Positions 54,460 to 56,572 of a stretch of DNA of 56,572 nucleotides are shown piece by piece. Position numbers and translations under genes: made by a program. This DNA comes from Proteromonas lacertae (lineage: Eukaryota), in the NCBI GenBank assembly GCA_002245135.1, contig NGBS01001195.1, forward strand, positions 1-56,572, written 5' to 3'. The notes below the pieces were generated by a model. It was not told the DNA's origin. It was given only the letters and a program-made list of their open reading frames with translations, and did not search any database. The stretch's first letter is position 1. Each line of letters opens with the position of its first letter.

Positions 54460-56572
54460 TCATATTAACAACAATATCAAAGAATATAACACACTCAATA
54501 CTAAGCATTTCAATACACTTGGAATAGATATTATATTCACTAAACATCCAACTGAAACAAACAACAAATACTTTGGTTTTGATAAACTTCCTTCTAAATC
54601 TCCACATAACAAAACACTTAACAATAATCTAAAATACACTATAAAAATTATATAAATAATATATTATATATACATGGAGTATAAGTAATATATAACTGTT
54701 TAGTCATTATAACTACATACAAATAAATCATCATCAACAAATAATGAATAAATTGAAATCTTACATATTTTATATATAATATCAATAAATATCCATACAG
54801 CAAATACAACTGTATAGAATAAGATTTTGTTATTATCAATAATAAGGATGGATATAATGAAGTTACTATAAATATTCCAATAATACTCAACTTTTCTGGT
54901 GTTAGAATAAAATCAAATGAAGTATTTGATAATCCTTTCAATATTGGTATAAACACCATAAATATTGAATAGAAAAACAATGAAATCAATGAAATAAGAT
55001 GTATTCTACAACTATTCAAAAATGGAAATATTGAAATATTTCTTATTCTAGTAATTGTATCAACAACAAAGTTGTTTTTACTTGGTAATAACAATGATGG
55101 TATTCTTGTCTTATTGATTTTCTTCATGTTATTTGTAGATGATGAATAAGTTGAAGATGATGATAATGGAGATGTCTTTGGTGATATTTTATCACTCATA
55201 CTTGGAGAAGTTGAATTAGTTTGATTCTTATTGTTATGCAATACCATTAAATGAGGTGATAATGATGACGTTGTTGCTGTTGTTGTTGTTGATGATGATG
55301 ATGATGTGTTTTGATTGGATAATATTGATGGTATTTCACTAATACTTCTTTTATTATTGTATTTGAGATTTGGTAATTTTGTTACTGATGATGAAGAATG
55401 AGAATGCTTTTTATTATTACTATCAGATTCTTTGATATTTTCTGATATTTCTTTTTCTGTTTCTTTACAAGTTGCAGTGTTTTCATCTGTTGTTTTATTT
55501 TCATCAACTTCTTTATTCTCTATTACATTTTCTTCTTTATTATTCTCTTCTTTCTTAACAATTTCTTTATTTACTTCATCTTTTTCAACTTCATTATTAT
55601 TCAGTTCATTCTCCTTTCTTTCTTCTTTCACTTCATTCTCATTATTAATTGATATATTTTCATTTTTACCACTATCATTATCATTAACACTATCTTTCAA
55701 AAGATTAGGGCAGTTTAAAACTATCACTCTTATTCAATTCATTATCATCACCAACACCATCAACATTAATAATTGGAATATCATTAGCGGAAATATTATA
55801 TTCACTATATAGATTATTATTACTTTGTGGATAAAATTCTACACCTCTGTTTACCAGTGGTTTACTAATACCTGGAGGTGGAGATGTTACTGTATCAATA
55901 TTATTATTACCATACATCTTTGAAGGTGATATAATAGTTGGTGATGGAGTAATTATTGGATTAATATTGATAGAAGGTTGTTGTTGTTGTTGTTGAGGTA
56001 TATAATCTTGTATATTTTGAGTATGAATTATTTCATTAAATGAATGATAGTATTGAGTTGGCCCTAGCATCATAATATGGTGAAGTTGACATTGGAATTG
56101 GCTGAGGTTGTTGTGTGTTGTTGTTGTTGTTGCGATAATGGAGGTGGTGGTGGTGTGATTGGCTATCTTGAAGGGGATTTCCATATTTATATATGTTATC
56201 ATTATATATAATTGGTTGTTGTTGCTGTTGTTGTTGTTGTTGTTGTTGTTGATTATATTCATATTCATTGTATATTGTTTGAGGATATGTTGATGTTTGA
56301 AGGGAATTCTATTGAATTCATCATCATATGGTGATAGATATGTGTTACCATATCTACTGTATTGATTTCCATATGCCCATTGACGATTTTCATTCAATTC
56401 AGAAACATTGTTGAATAATTGGTATTGATTGTTCATATCACCTCCAAAATAATCATATCCTCCATTCCCATGTCTATATATAAAAATATAATAATGAAAT
56501 ACTTTGTGGTTCTGGTAAGACAAATTGAGGAGCTGGCTCTTCAAAAAAGTCTGGAGATGATCTTAATAAAAA
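54460..56572 (-). CDS. Protein with low-complexity Q/N/S/E-rich N-terminus and multi-pass hydrophobic C-terminus; 5' end at or beyond the window edge; apparent indels
   Basis: ORFs 55705-56544 and 54648-55727 join if one C is removed at 55708-55710 (KLPNLLKD). The final exon adds more TM-like segments. Confidence 0.5.

Noticed and set aside
55975..56250. CAA/AAC trinucleotide tracts (also 20990-21210)
   Set aside because: Ordinary poly-Q/N low-complexity coding sequence.
1..56572. Alternative genetic code or stop readthrough explaining broken ORFs; CRISPR, rRNA or tRNA genes
   Set aside because: Breaks are explained by short introns or single indels; no spaced repeat array or structured RNA gene was recognised.

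Overview
Very AT-rich, gene-dense eukaryotic DNA with many short (about 25-55 nt) GT-AG introns, so the ORF track fragments most genes. Tiny introns, expanded putative-Ig surface proteins and a stramenopile mastigoneme-like domain suggest an opalinatan stramenopile such as Blastocystis or Proteromonas (inference). About 25 protein genes can be reconstructed: a 5'-truncated giant modular surface protein with internal duplications and a C-terminal mastigoneme-like EGF region; an F-BAR + MUN protein with a WWE-like insert; an SLC17-type MFS transporter; an inverted GT61 pair; BRK1; TRM1; dynein light chain p28; a tandem RING-IBR-PARP pair; a stand-alone PZP protein; a PA14/Ig membrane protein; a transportin-SR-like karyopherin; a C2/Zn-ribbon protein; and a pseudokinase-LRR. 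The most striking hidden signal is four short minor-spliceosome (U12-type) introns with AT-AC or AT-AA ends and a deviant donor (ATATCWTTT). Several single-base homopolymer frameshifts are probably consensus errors. All domain calls are by-eye motif recognition, not database searches.
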